This document shows positions 1 to 7,614 of a stretch of 26,518 nucleotides of DNA, piece after piece (positions within the stretch are counted from its first letter, which is position 1; the number at the start of each line of letters is the position of its first letter). The stretch lies in NCBI GenBank assembly GCA_036507155.1, contig DASXQN010000005.1, positions 1 to 26,518 of the forward strand, read 5' to 3'. The notes under the pieces were generated by a model. The model saw only the letters and a list, made by a program, of their open reading frames with translations, made no database searches and had not been told where the DNA came from. The position numbers were made by a program, and so were the translations under genes. The DNA comes from Anaerolineales bacterium (lineage in GTDB: Bacteria; Chloroflexota; Anaerolineae; Anaerolineales; Villigracilaceae).

Positions 1-1
1 T

Positions 2-310
2 GCCGGCAGCAGCGCCGGCGCCATGGTCTTATGCGAGCACTATTACGATCCGTACGAGCAGAAACTCCTGCAGGGCTTGAATATGATCTCCAAAGCGTGC
101 GTGCTGCCGCATCATGATCAATATGGTCGCGAGTGGGCCGCGCAATTAACGAAACGGCTGCCGGACTCCGTGCTGATCGGCATCGACGAGCAGACCGGCA
201 TGTTGTCGAATGCGGACGGCAGCTGGTCGGTATCCGGCGCGGGGGCGGTGACGCTCTATCGCGGCGGGCGGACCGTTCGTCACGCGCGCGGCGATTCGTT
301 CGGTTTATGA
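2..310 (+). CDS. Peptidase S51 / cyanophycinase-like protein (type 1 glutamine amidotransferase-like fold), 5'-truncated
   Basis: Frame open from the window edge reads AGSSAGAMVLC (GxSAG nucleophile elbow), then LPHHD and IGIDEQTG, typical of the S51 family. Confidence 0.72.
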   Translation, partial: AGSSAGAMVLCEHYYDPYEQKLLQGLNMISKACVLPHHDQYGREWAAQLTKRLPDSVLIGIDEQTGMLSNADGSWSVSGAGAVTLYRGGRTVRHARGDSFGL

Positions 311-362
311 ATGTGCGACGTCCCGCGCAGCGCGGGACGTCTCACATGGCTCGGAGGCAAGC

Positions 363-737
363 ATGGAAACCGATCTCAAGATCACCGTTGAACAGGTCCA
401 GGCCGGCGTGCCGGTGACGATCTTTCGTCTGCGCGGCTGGCTGGACGCGCAAAGCGAGGACCTGCTCCTGCAGGCGGCCCGCCAGAGTTACGAGCAGGGC
501 GCGCGCTTCCTGTTGCTGGACCTTAAAGGGGTGGATACGCTGACCAGCGCGGGCATGCGCAGCATCCAAAAGATCTACAAGATGTACACCCCCGAGCAGG
601 AGCACTATAAGGTGATGCATCTCAAGGTATGCGAGTCGCCGCCGCAGATCTATCACGTGCTGGGCATCACCGGCTTCCTGCACAACATCCCGAACTATGA
701 AAGCGCACAGGCCGCGCTCGACTCGTTCAAAGCCTGA
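363..737 (+). CDS. STAS domain protein (anti-sigma factor antagonist-like)
   Basis: LRGWLDAQS, LLLDLKGVDTLTSAGMRSI (conserved phosphorylatable Ser), VLGITGF; GGAGG RBS upstream. Confidence 0.85.
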   Translation: METDLKITVEQVQAGVPVTIFRLRGWLDAQSEDLLLQAARQSYEQGARFLLLDLKGVDTLTSAGMRSIQKIYKMYTPEQEHYKVMHLKVCESPPQIYHVLGITGFLHNIPNYESAQAALDSFKA

Positions 738-740
738 CGG

Positions 741-765
741 CCTCCCCCGGTGCGGGGGAGGTTTT
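741..765 (+). terminator. Rho-independent terminator
   Basis: CCTCCCCCG-GTG-CGGGGGAGG stem followed by TTTT just after the STAS stop. Confidence 0.6.
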
Positions 766-775
766 CATTCCAACT

Positions 776-819
776 GTAAGACTCTGGTAATCACACGGCG
801 GGATGGCCTGGGCTATGAT
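776..819 (+). promoter_or_regulatory. Putative promoter with OmpR-type direct repeat
   Basis: GTAAG (776) and GTAAT (787) at an 11-bp period; TATGAT -10-like hexamer at 814-819, 9 nt before ATG 829. Confidence 0.45.
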
Positions 820-828
820 TGGGCGCTG

Positions 829-1536
829 ATGAGCAACGCAACGTCCCCGCAGGGGGAAACAATCCTGGTAGTCGAGGATGAACCCAGCATTTCAGAAGTG
901 GTCAGCCTGTATCTCAAACGCGCCGGCTTCCAGGTGCAGACGGCCGCGGACGGCAGGCAGGCGCTGAACCTGCTCGAAGAGAAGATCCCGGACTTTGTGA
1001 TCCTGGACCTGATGCTGCCCGAAGTGGACGGTCTGTCCCTCACCCGCTGGCTGCGTGACCGTTCCGACGTGCCGATCATCATGCTGACGGCGCGCCGCGA
1101 GGAGATCGACCGCATCGCCGGACTGGAGTTGGGCGCGGATGATTACATCGTCAAGCCCTTCAGCCCGCAGGAACTGGTCAGCCGGGTGCGCGCCGTGCTG
1201 CGCCGCGCCGGACGCGAGGCGGAGTCCGGGACCGGACGGCCGCTGCTATTCGACGGGCTGACGCTCGATGCGCGCAGCCGCGTCCTGACAGTGAATGACG
1301 CGCCGGTGGAGCTGACGGCGAAGGAATTCGACATGCTGCACCTGCTGGCGCGCCATCCCCGCCAGGTCTTCACCCGCGAGCAACTGCTCGAACGCGTGTG
1401 GGGCAGCGCCGAATACATCGACCCCGGCACGGTCACCGTGCACGTGCGGCGGCTGCGCGAGAAGATCGAGACGGATCCCTCCAGCCCGCGACGCCTGCTG
1501 ACGGTTTGGGGCGTGGGGTATAAGTTTGAACCGTGA
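829..1536 (+). CDS. OmpR/PhoB-family response regulator
   Basis: ILVVEDE, ILDLMLP (phospho-Asp), MLTAR, GADDYIVKPF, C-terminal wHTH LTAKEFD...TVWGVGYKF; start taken at MSNATS. Confidence 0.95.
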   Translation: MSNATSPQGETILVVEDEPSISEVVSLYLKRAGFQVQTAADGRQALNLLEEKIPDFVILDLMLPEVDGLSLTRWLRDRSDVPIIMLTARREEIDRIAGLELGADDYIVKPFSPQELVSRVRAVLRRAGREAESGTGRPLLFDGLTLDARSRVLTVNDAPVELTAKEFDMLHLLARHPRQVFTREQLLERVWGSAEYIDPGTVTVHVRRLREKIETDPSSPRRLLTVWGVGYKFEP

Positions 1537-1542
1537 CCTACA

Positions 1543-1798
1543 TGTCATTGCGAGCGGAGGTCGAGTAGGGGCGCCAAAAGCGCCACGTACACTTGCACCT
1601 GCACTTGTAACGTGCACGCAGTGCAAGTGCAAGTACGGGTGTCGAGACCAAGCGAAGCAATCTCCTCCTTCACGATGAGATTGCCAAGTCGCCGGTGCGA
1701 GACGGCAGCGCGCGGCTCCTCCCACTGCTCCGCTGCGGGATACCCTATCCCCTTCGGGGACCTTCGGCGGGCACACGTGCTTCGCGATCGCAATGACA
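1543..1798. repeat. Composite REP/MITE-like palindromic element, copy A
   Basis: Termini TGTCATTGCGA...TCGCAATGACA, internal GCAATCTC/GAGATTGC pair; the right arm is the reverse complement of 3664-3725. Confidence 0.85.
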
Positions 1799-1806
1799 AA
1801 TAAAAA

Positions 1807-3042
1807 ATGAAATCCTCCCTCGCCCGCCTGCCCATGCTCGCCCGCTTTGGACTCGGCATCCTGCTGATCCTGGTCCTGTCGCTGGGCGTATTCAAAATGC
1901 TCATGGCCCCGCCGATGAACGAGCTGGGGCTGATGGCGCTCTTCCTGGCGATCACTGCGCTCGTTTCGGCGCTGGCCGGCTACGCCGCGTACCGCCTCGG
2001 CTGGATGAACATCTCACCCAGGCTGCGCTGGTCTCTGCTCGGCGGATATGCCCTGTCGAGCGTGCTGACCTTCTTTAACGTGTGGTTCTCGGCGCAGATG
2101 ATGTTCGCCAGCCAGCATGACTTGCTGTTGGCCATCGTGCTGCTGGTCTTCGCCGGCGGCATGGCCATGGCGCTGGGCTATTTCCTGTCCAGCACGGTGA
2201 CCGAGCGCATCCATCTGCTTAAGGAGGCGGCGGACCGGCTGGCGCGCGGCGAGCTCGGGACGCGCGTGCCCGTGGTCGGCCGCGATGAAGTCGCCGCGTT
2301 GGCCTCAGCCTTCAACCAGATGGCCGCCCAACTGCAGGCCGCGGACCAGCAGCAGCGCGAGCTCGAGGTCCTGCGTCGCGACCTGATCGCCTGGGTCGGT
2401 CACGACCTGCAAACCCCGCTGGCTTCCATCCGCGCCATCCTGGAGGCGCTGGCCGACGGCATGGTGGATGAAGCCGAAACGGTGCAACGCTATTTGGCCA
2501 CCGCGCAGCGCGACGTGCGCTCGCTCTCCGCGTTGATCGACGACCTCTTTCAAATGGCACAACTGGATGCCGGCGGGCTGCCGCTCGATCGCGCCGACAA
2601 TTCGCTGGCCGATCTGATCTCGGACACGCTCGAGTCGTTCTCCGCGCTGGCCGCGCGTCAAGGCACGCAACTGGAGGGCAGGGCCGCGCCGGATGTGGAT
2701 CCCGTGTATATGGACACGCAGCGCATCGGCCGCGTGCTGAACAACCTCGTGGCGAACGCGCTGCGGCACACGCCGGCCGGCGGACGCGTCGAGGTGGCCG
2801 CGCGGCGAACAGCCTCCGGCGTGGAGCTGACCGTCAGCGATACCGGCGAAGGTATTCATCCGGACGACCTGCCGCACGTCTTTGAGCGCTTCTACCGCGG
2901 CGAAAAGTCTCGCAGCCGCGCCCGCGGCGGATCGGGTTTGGGCCTGGCCATTGCGCGCGGCATCGTGCGCGCGCACGGCGGCGAGATCCGGGTGGACAGC
3001 CCGCCCGGGCAGGGCACGCGCTTCACGCTCGATCTTCCTTAA
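1807..3042 (+). CDS. Membrane sensor histidine kinase (TM-HAMP-HisKA-HATPase)
   Basis: Several N-terminal TM segments, HAMP (GRDEVAALASAFNQM), H-box VGHDLQTPL, N-box NLVANALRH, G-boxes DTGEGI and GSGLGLAI. Confidence 0.95.
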   Translation: MKSSLARLPMLARFGLGILLILVLSLGVFKMLMAPPMNELGLMALFLAITALVSALAGYAAYRLGWMNISPRLRWSLLGGYALSSVLTFFNVWFSAQMMFASQHDLLLAIVLLVFAGGMAMALGYFLSSTVTERIHLLKEAADRLARGELGTRVPVVGRDEVAALASAFNQMAAQLQAADQQQRELEVLRRDLIAWVGHDLQTPLASIRAILEALADGMVDEAETVQRYLATAQRDVRSLSALIDDLFQMAQLDAGGLPLDRADNSLADLISDTLESFSALAARQGTQLEGRAAPDVDPVYMDTQRIGRVLNNLVANALRHTPAGGRVEVAARRTASGVELTVSDTGEGIHPDDLPHVFERFYRGEKSRSRARGGSGLGLAIARGIVRAHGGEIRVDSPPGQGTRFTLDLP

Positions 3043-3048
3043 CACATC

Positions 3049-3092
3049 TCTCAGTCTGCTGTAAGCCTTTCGTAAGGAAGATTACTTACAAT
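3049..3092 (+). promoter_or_regulatory. Putative promoter with OmpR-type direct repeats upstream of the redox cluster
   Basis: TCTCAG (3049), TGTAAG (3060), CGTAAG (3071) at an 11-bp period; TACAAT at 3087-3092. Confidence 0.45.
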
Positions 3093-3108
3093 GGGGCCAT
3101 CCAGGCTC

Positions 3109-3660
3109 ATGAGCATGAAATCCCGGTTGACCGCCCTGCTGCTGATCTTCACCGCCGGATGCGCGGCTTTCGCACCTAATACTGGATCCACCTTGCCCAA
3201 CAACGTTTCGCTCCCGGACCTCGGGCCGGCCCCCGAGTTAAGCAACGACGTCTGGCTGAATGTGGACGCGCCCCTGCGCCTCGCCGATCTGCGCGGCAAG
3301 GTGGTGGCGCTCGAGATGTGGACGTTCGGTTGCATCAACTGCCAGCACGTCATGCCGTGGCTGAAGGAATGGCACGCCAAATACAAGGACCAGGGCTTCG
3401 TCTTGATCGGAAATCATTATCCCGAGTTCGATTATGAAGCGGACCTGGAACATCTGAAGACCGCCATCGCCGAAAACGACATTCAATACGCGGTCGCGCA
3501 GGACAACGCCGGCGGCACCTGGCGGGCGTACAATAATCACTACTGGCCGGTCATCTATCTGATCGACAAACGCGGCCATTTGCGCTACGTTCACATCGGC
3601 GAAGGGTCCTATGCCGAAACCGAGGCCGCCATCCAGGCGTTGTTGGCGGAGCCCTATTAA
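3109..3660 (+). CDS. Thioredoxin-like redoxin lipoprotein (TlpA/DipZ C-terminal type)
   Basis: Lipobox FTAGC, GKVVALEMWTFGCINC, NHYPEF, YWPVIYLIDKRG, GEGSY; start could be 3091, 3109 or 3115. Confidence 0.85.
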   Translation: MSMKSRLTALLLIFTAGCAAFAPNTGSTLPNNVSLPDLGPAPELSNDVWLNVDAPLRLADLRGKVVALEMWTFGCINCQHVMPWLKEWHAKYKDQGFVLIGNHYPEFDYEADLEHLKTAIAENDIQYAVAQDNAGGTWRAYNNHYWPVIYLIDKRGHLRYVHIGEGSYAETEAAIQALLAEPY

Positions 3661-3663
3661 CTA

Positions 3664-3807
3664 TGTCATTGCGATCGCGAAGCACGTGTGCCCGCCGAAG
3701 GTCCCCGAAGGGGATAGGGTATCCCGTAGGGAAGCAATCTCCTCTTTCGCGATCAGATTAATTCGTCGCAGTCGCTCCGCTCAGCGCGATAGCTCATGGC
3801 AATGACA
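3664..3807. repeat. Composite REP-like element, copy B
   Basis: TGTCATTGCGATCGCGAAGC...GAAGCAATCTCC...GCAATGACA. Confidence 0.85.
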
Positions 3808-3827
3808 CAAATATATCGAGGTAAATC

Positions 3828-4781
3828 ATGCACAATAAATTCAAATCCGTCCCCGTACTGTCGTCCGAGATCACACCGCAGCACCAGTACCTCTCGCGGC
3901 GCGATTTCCTGAAAGCCGCCGGCATCGCGACCGGCGGCGCGCTGCTGGCCGCGTGCGCGCCCAAAGCAGCCGCCACCCCGTCTGCTGAGCAGGCCGATTA
4001 CAGCGGCGGGCAAACCGACGAATTGGGCAATCCGCTCAACACCTTCGACGACATCACCAATTACAACAACTACTACGAGTTCACCGTGGACAAGCAGGGC
4101 GTCGCTCCTATGTCGCTGGATTTCACCACGCATCCGTGGACTGTGGAGGTCGGCGGCCTGGTCAACAACCCCAAGACATACAACGTCGAAGACCTGCTTA
4201 AGAACTTTCCGCAGGAGGAGCGCATCTACCGCCTACGCTGCGTGGAAGCCTGGAGCATGGTCATCCCGTGGCTCGGGTTTCCGTTAGCCAGCCTGTTGAA
4301 GGAAGTCGAGCCCACCTCGGACGCCAAGTACGTGCGCTTCGAATCCGTCTACCGCCCGGAGGAGATGCCGGGACAGAGCAGCCCGTTCTATCCGTGGCCG
4401 TATCAGGAGGGCCTGCGCATCGACGAAGCCATGAACGACCTCGCCATCCTTGGCACCGGCATGTACGGTCAGGGACTGCCGAAACAGGACGGCGCCCCGA
4501 TCCGGCTGGTGGTGCCCTGGAAGTACGGCTTCAAATCCATCAAGGCCATCGTCAAGATCGAATTGGTAAGCGAGCAGCCCGCCACGCTGTGGTCGAGCGT
4601 CGGACCGAACGAATACGGTTTCTACTCCAACGTGAATCCGGACCGGCCGCACCCGCGCTGGTCGCAGTCCTCCGAGCGGCGCATCGGCGAATTGGGCCGC
4701 CGCCCGACCCTGCCGTTCAACGGCTATGCCGAACAAGTGGCTTACTTGTATGAAGGCATGGACCTGATTCAGAATTACTAA
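3828..4781 (+). CDS. msrP: Protein-methionine-sulfoxide reductase catalytic subunit MsrP (YedY)
   Basis: SEITP, Tat motif SRRDFLK, YNNYYEF, RLRCVEAWSMVIPW (Mo-ligand Cys), GAPIRLVVPWKYGFKSIK, HPRWSQ, FNGY. Confidence 0.96.
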   Translation: MHNKFKSVPVLSSEITPQHQYLSRRDFLKAAGIATGGALLAACAPKAAATPSAEQADYSGGQTDELGNPLNTFDDITNYNNYYEFTVDKQGVAPMSLDFTTHPWTVEVGGLVNNPKTYNVEDLLKNFPQEERIYRLRCVEAWSMVIPWLGFPLASLLKEVEPTSDAKYVRFESVYRPEEMPGQSSPFYPWPYQEGLRIDEAMNDLAILGTGMYGQGLPKQDGAPIRLVVPWKYGFKSIKAIVKIELVSEQPATLWSSVGPNEYGFYSNVNPDRPHPRWSQSSERRIGELGRRPTLPFNGYAEQVAYLYEGMDLIQNY

Positions 4782-4799
4782 TTATTGTAAGGGCGCAGC

Positions 4800-5507
4800 A
4801 TGCTGCGCCCCTACTGGTCGATGCAAAACCTCTTCAAGCGCTACACCCCTCTGCAAGTCCTCGTGCACCTCGGCGCGTGGTTCCCTTTGGCGCGCCTGGC
4901 CTTCGACTATTACGCCGGCAACCTATCCGCCAACCCGATCCAGGACATGCAGCAGCGCATGGGCCGCGCCGCCATCACCTTATTGGTGCTGTCGCTCGCC
5001 TGCACGCCGCTCAGCTCGATCTTCGGCTGGCGCGAGGCGCCCAAGCGCAGCCGGGCGCTCGGCTTGTACGCCGTTATGTACGTCACGATCCACCTGCTGA
5101 TCTTCATCGACCTCGACTATGGCTTCGCCTGGAGCATGATCCTGCAGACCATTGTCCAGAAGCCGTATATCCTGGTTGGCCTGACGACGTTCCTGTTGTT
5201 GCTGCCGCTGGCCCTGACCTCCTTCGATGTATGGAAGGCGCGCCTGGGAAAGAACTGGAAGCGGCTGCACCAGCTCATTTACTGGATCGCGCCGCTGGCC
5301 GTCCTGCATTATGCCTGGGCCAAGAAGGGCGATCTCTTCAAATTAAGCGGGGACATCACGCGGCCGTTGTTGTACGGGCTGGTGGTGGCCATCCTGCTGA
5401 TCCTACGCCTTCCGGCGGTCCGTAAATTCTTCGGCTCGATCCGGGACCGCATCCGGCTCCGCAGACGGCAGCCCGCACCCGTGGATGAAAATGCCTTAAA
5501 CGCGTGA
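4800..5507 (+). CDS. msrQ: MsrQ (YedZ) heme-binding membrane subunit
   Basis: LSLACTP, RALGLYA, YVTIHL, ALTS, WKRLHQLIY, VLHYAW; directly follows msrP; alternative start 4821. Confidence 0.93.
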   Translation: MLRPYWSMQNLFKRYTPLQVLVHLGAWFPLARLAFDYYAGNLSANPIQDMQQRMGRAAITLLVLSLACTPLSSIFGWREAPKRSRALGLYAVMYVTIHLLIFIDLDYGFAWSMILQTIVQKPYILVGLTTFLLLLPLALTSFDVWKARLGKNWKRLHQLIYWIAPLAVLHYAWAKKGDLFKLSGDITRPLLYGLVVAILLILRLPAVRKFFGSIRDRIRLRRRQPAPVDENALNA

Positions 5508-5541
5508 ACGATGGAAGGCTGCAACAGCAAGTTCGGTTTCT

Positions 5542-5599
5542 TAGTTGCGTAGTTGATTAGTTGATTAGTTGTGTAGTTGATTAGTTGATTAGTGGTTAG
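5542..5599. repeat. 8-bp tandem array (TAGTTGAT)n
   Basis: tagttgcg tagttgat tagttgat tagttgtg tagttgat tagttgat tagtggt tag. Confidence 0.9.
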
Positions 5600-5620
5600 A
5601 AGCTTGGCTTTTCGAACCTT

Positions 5621-5678
5621 CTCCGTTCATCCCCGTCCATCTCCGGTCATCTCCGTTTATCTCCGTTCATCTCCGGTC
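5621..5678. repeat. 10-bp tandem array (CTCCGTTCAT)n
   Basis: Six degenerate units: ctccgttcat ccccgtccat ctccggtcat ctccgtttat ctccgttcat ctccggtc. Confidence 0.9.
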
Positions 5679-5726
5679 CGGTCCGGCACAGTACAAAAGT
5701 AGCATTCAGGCGTTCGAAAAGGCCCG

Positions 5727-5735
5727 TGATATAAT
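5727..5735 (+). promoter_or_regulatory. Extended -10 promoter, probably leaderless mRNA
   Basis: TGaTATAAT ending 8 nt before ATG 5744; no SD sequence. Confidence 0.6.
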
Positions 5736-5743
5736 CCCGCCCT

Positions 5744-6493
5744 ATGAACGATAATATGAACACTCCTCAAACAGATACCATCACATTCAAGCGCACGCAC
5801 TTTTACTCGGCGCTGGTGGTGCTCGCGTTCGCAGCCGGCGTCCTGGTCGGATATATGGCTTGGGGACGCGGCGCTGTCGCGGCTGCCCCGGCCGTCGTAC
5901 AGAATCCCACGGCGCAGGGTCCGGTGGCGGAAGTGCCGATCACGCCGGAGGCACCGCAGTATGTACGCTACGATATCCCCACCGAAGGCTCGCCCAGCCT
6001 GGGTCCGGACGAGGCGCCGATCACGATCGTCGAATTCAGCGACTTCCAGTGCCCGTTCTGCCGCCGCTTCCATCAGGAAACCTATCAATCTTTGCTCGAT
6101 GCCTATCCCGGACAGATCCGCTTTGTATATCGCCAGCTGCCCCTGACCTCGATCCATCCCGAGGCCTTCCCGGCCGCGGTGGCCGCCCTGTGCGCCAATG
6201 AACAAAATGCGTTCTGGCCCTATCACGACAAGCTCTTCAGCAGCGAACAGCTCGGGCGCGATGTGTATGTCCAGTACGCCACCGATCTTGAATTGGACAC
6301 GGATGCCTTCCAGGCCTGCCTCGACAGCGGCCGCAACGATCCGATCATCCAGGCCGACTCCGATTTCGCGATCAACCTGGGCGTCAACTCCACGCCGACC
6401 TTCTTCGTCAACGGCCTGGCCATCATCGGCGCGCAGCCCCTGGAAGCTTTCAAGCAGATCATCGACAAAGAGATCGCCGGCGAGATCCCGTAA
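5744..6493 (+). CDS. DsbA/BdbD-family membrane-anchored thiol-disulfide oxidoreductase
   Basis: N-terminal TM helix; GPDEAPITIVEFSDFQCPFC; LPLTSIHP; GVNSTPTFFVNG. Confidence 0.92.
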   Translation: MNDNMNTPQTDTITFKRTHFYSALVVLAFAAGVLVGYMAWGRGAVAAAPAVVQNPTAQGPVAEVPITPEAPQYVRYDIPTEGSPSLGPDEAPITIVEFSDFQCPFCRRFHQETYQSLLDAYPGQIRFVYRQLPLTSIHPEAFPAAVAALCANEQNAFWPYHDKLFSSEQLGRDVYVQYATDLELDTDAFQACLDSGRNDPIIQADSDFAINLGVNSTPTFFVNGLAIIGAQPLEAFKQIIDKEIAGEIP

Positions 6494-6527
6494 CCGATCC
6501 CGTTCTGGCAGCCGTTTCAACTGCTGC

Positions 6528-6556
6528 TTGCATTAATCGCACAATCTGGCTACACT
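6528..6556 (+). promoter_or_regulatory. Sigma70-type promoter of the dck-like gene
   Basis: TTGCAT-17 nt-TACACT. Confidence 0.55.
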
Positions 6557-6667
6557 AGATATCAGGCACGCAACGAATATCCGCTGGCTTGTCTCTCGCA
6601 CTGACACCTCAACTTAATCGTTCCGTTTTGCTGGATCCTGCAAGAACTTTCGGAGGGATGCTTCGCG

Positions 6668-7333
6668 ATGCGAAAATTTGTAGCTGTGGCCGGCAATATC
6701 GGCGTGGGCAAGTCCACCCTCGTAAATATGTTGTGCGAAATCATGGGCTGGCAGCCGTTCTTCGAACCGGTGAATGAGAACCCATACCTGGCCGATTTTT
6801 ACAGCAACATGGATGCCTGGGCTTTCCATTCCCAGGTGTTTTTCCTGACCAATCGTCTGCGCTCCCATTTCCAGCTTTCCCTGCACTCCGGTTCGGTCAT
6901 CCAGGACCGCAGCCTGTATGAGGACGCGGAGATCTTTGCCCGCAACCTGTATATGCAGGGACACATGCAGATGCGCGATTATCAGACCTATCGTGACCTG
7001 TACGAGACCGCTACGCAGTTTCTCCCGCCACCGGATTTGGTCGTCTACCTGCGGGCCTCGGTGCCCACGCTGATGACGCGCATCTCCAGCCGCGGGCGCG
7101 ACTACGAGCGCACCATCTCCTTCGATTACCTGCAAAGCCTGAACGACCTGTACGAGGAATGGATCGATAACTTCACCGTCTGCCCGATGCTGGCCGTCCC
7201 GGCCGATGACCTGGATTATGTGGCCCACCCCGGTCACCTGAAGTTGATCGTGGCCAAGGTGGAGGAGAAGCTGACGGGGAAGGAAGAAGTGGTTTTCGAT
7301 CCGGAGGAAGTGGCCCGCGCCGCGGTGGATTGA
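6668..7333 (+). CDS. dck: Deoxynucleoside kinase, dAK/dCK (Dck-like) type
   Basis: P-loop AGNIGVGKST, ENPYLADFY, QVFFL, QDRSLYEDAEIFA, lid RISSRGRDYE. Confidence 0.9.
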   Translation: MRKFVAVAGNIGVGKSTLVNMLCEIMGWQPFFEPVNENPYLADFYSNMDAWAFHSQVFFLTNRLRSHFQLSLHSGSVIQDRSLYEDAEIFARNLYMQGHMQMRDYQTYRDLYETATQFLPPPDLVVYLRASVPTLMTRISSRGRDYERTISFDYLQSLNDLYEEWIDNFTVCPMLAVPADDLDYVAHPGHLKLIVAKVEEKLTGKEEVVFDPEEVARAAVD

Positions 7334-7344
7334 AATCTGGATTC

Positions 7345-7402
7345 TTAACGCAAAGCCGCATGGGTTTTGAATCTGCTTTCCGACTTTGCGGCGCTGCGTT
7401 AA
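7345..7402. repeat. TTAAC-terminated REP-like palindrome (AACGCAAAG type)
   Basis: ttaacgcaaagccgca ... ctttgcggcgctgcgttaa imperfect inverted repeat. Confidence 0.6.
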
Positions 7403-7457
7403 AGCCTTTGGCATAAATTGCTTCGTTCCCGGCGGGCTAAGCCCGCCGTTGAGCAGG

Positions 7458-7491
7458 AAAAAAAGACGATCCGAACGGATCGTCTTTTTTT
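7458..7491. terminator. Bidirectional Rho-independent terminator
   Basis: A7-GACGATCCG-AA-CGGATCGTC-T7 between convergent genes. Confidence 0.9.
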
Positions 7492-7497
7492 GGATCA

Positions 7498-7595
7498 TAT
7501 CATTGCGATCGCGAAGCACGTGTGCCCGCAAGGGTATCCCGTAGCGAAGCGTAGCGAGGAGGTACGAGCAAAGCGAGGACCGACGTGGCAATCTC
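7498..7595. repeat. REP-like element, copy C (single arm)
   Basis: tatcattgcgatcgcgaagc-acgtgtgcccgcaagggt-atcccgtag...gcaatctc. Confidence 0.8.
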
Positions 7596-7614
7596 GGGTC
7601 GAAAAGATGTTTGG

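Noticed and set aside
2395-2420. Unusual H-box HDLQT (instead of HDLRT) as a sign of an inactive kinase
   Set aside because: The phospho-His, the TP motif and all ATP-binding boxes are intact; this is a tolerated variant
6534-6620. Purine riboswitch in the dck leader (taatcgc, gatat, ggcacgcaa echo the xpt aptamer)
   Set aside because: The conserved TTTCTACC and CCGTAAA segments are absent, and part of the match lies upstream of the predicted TSS
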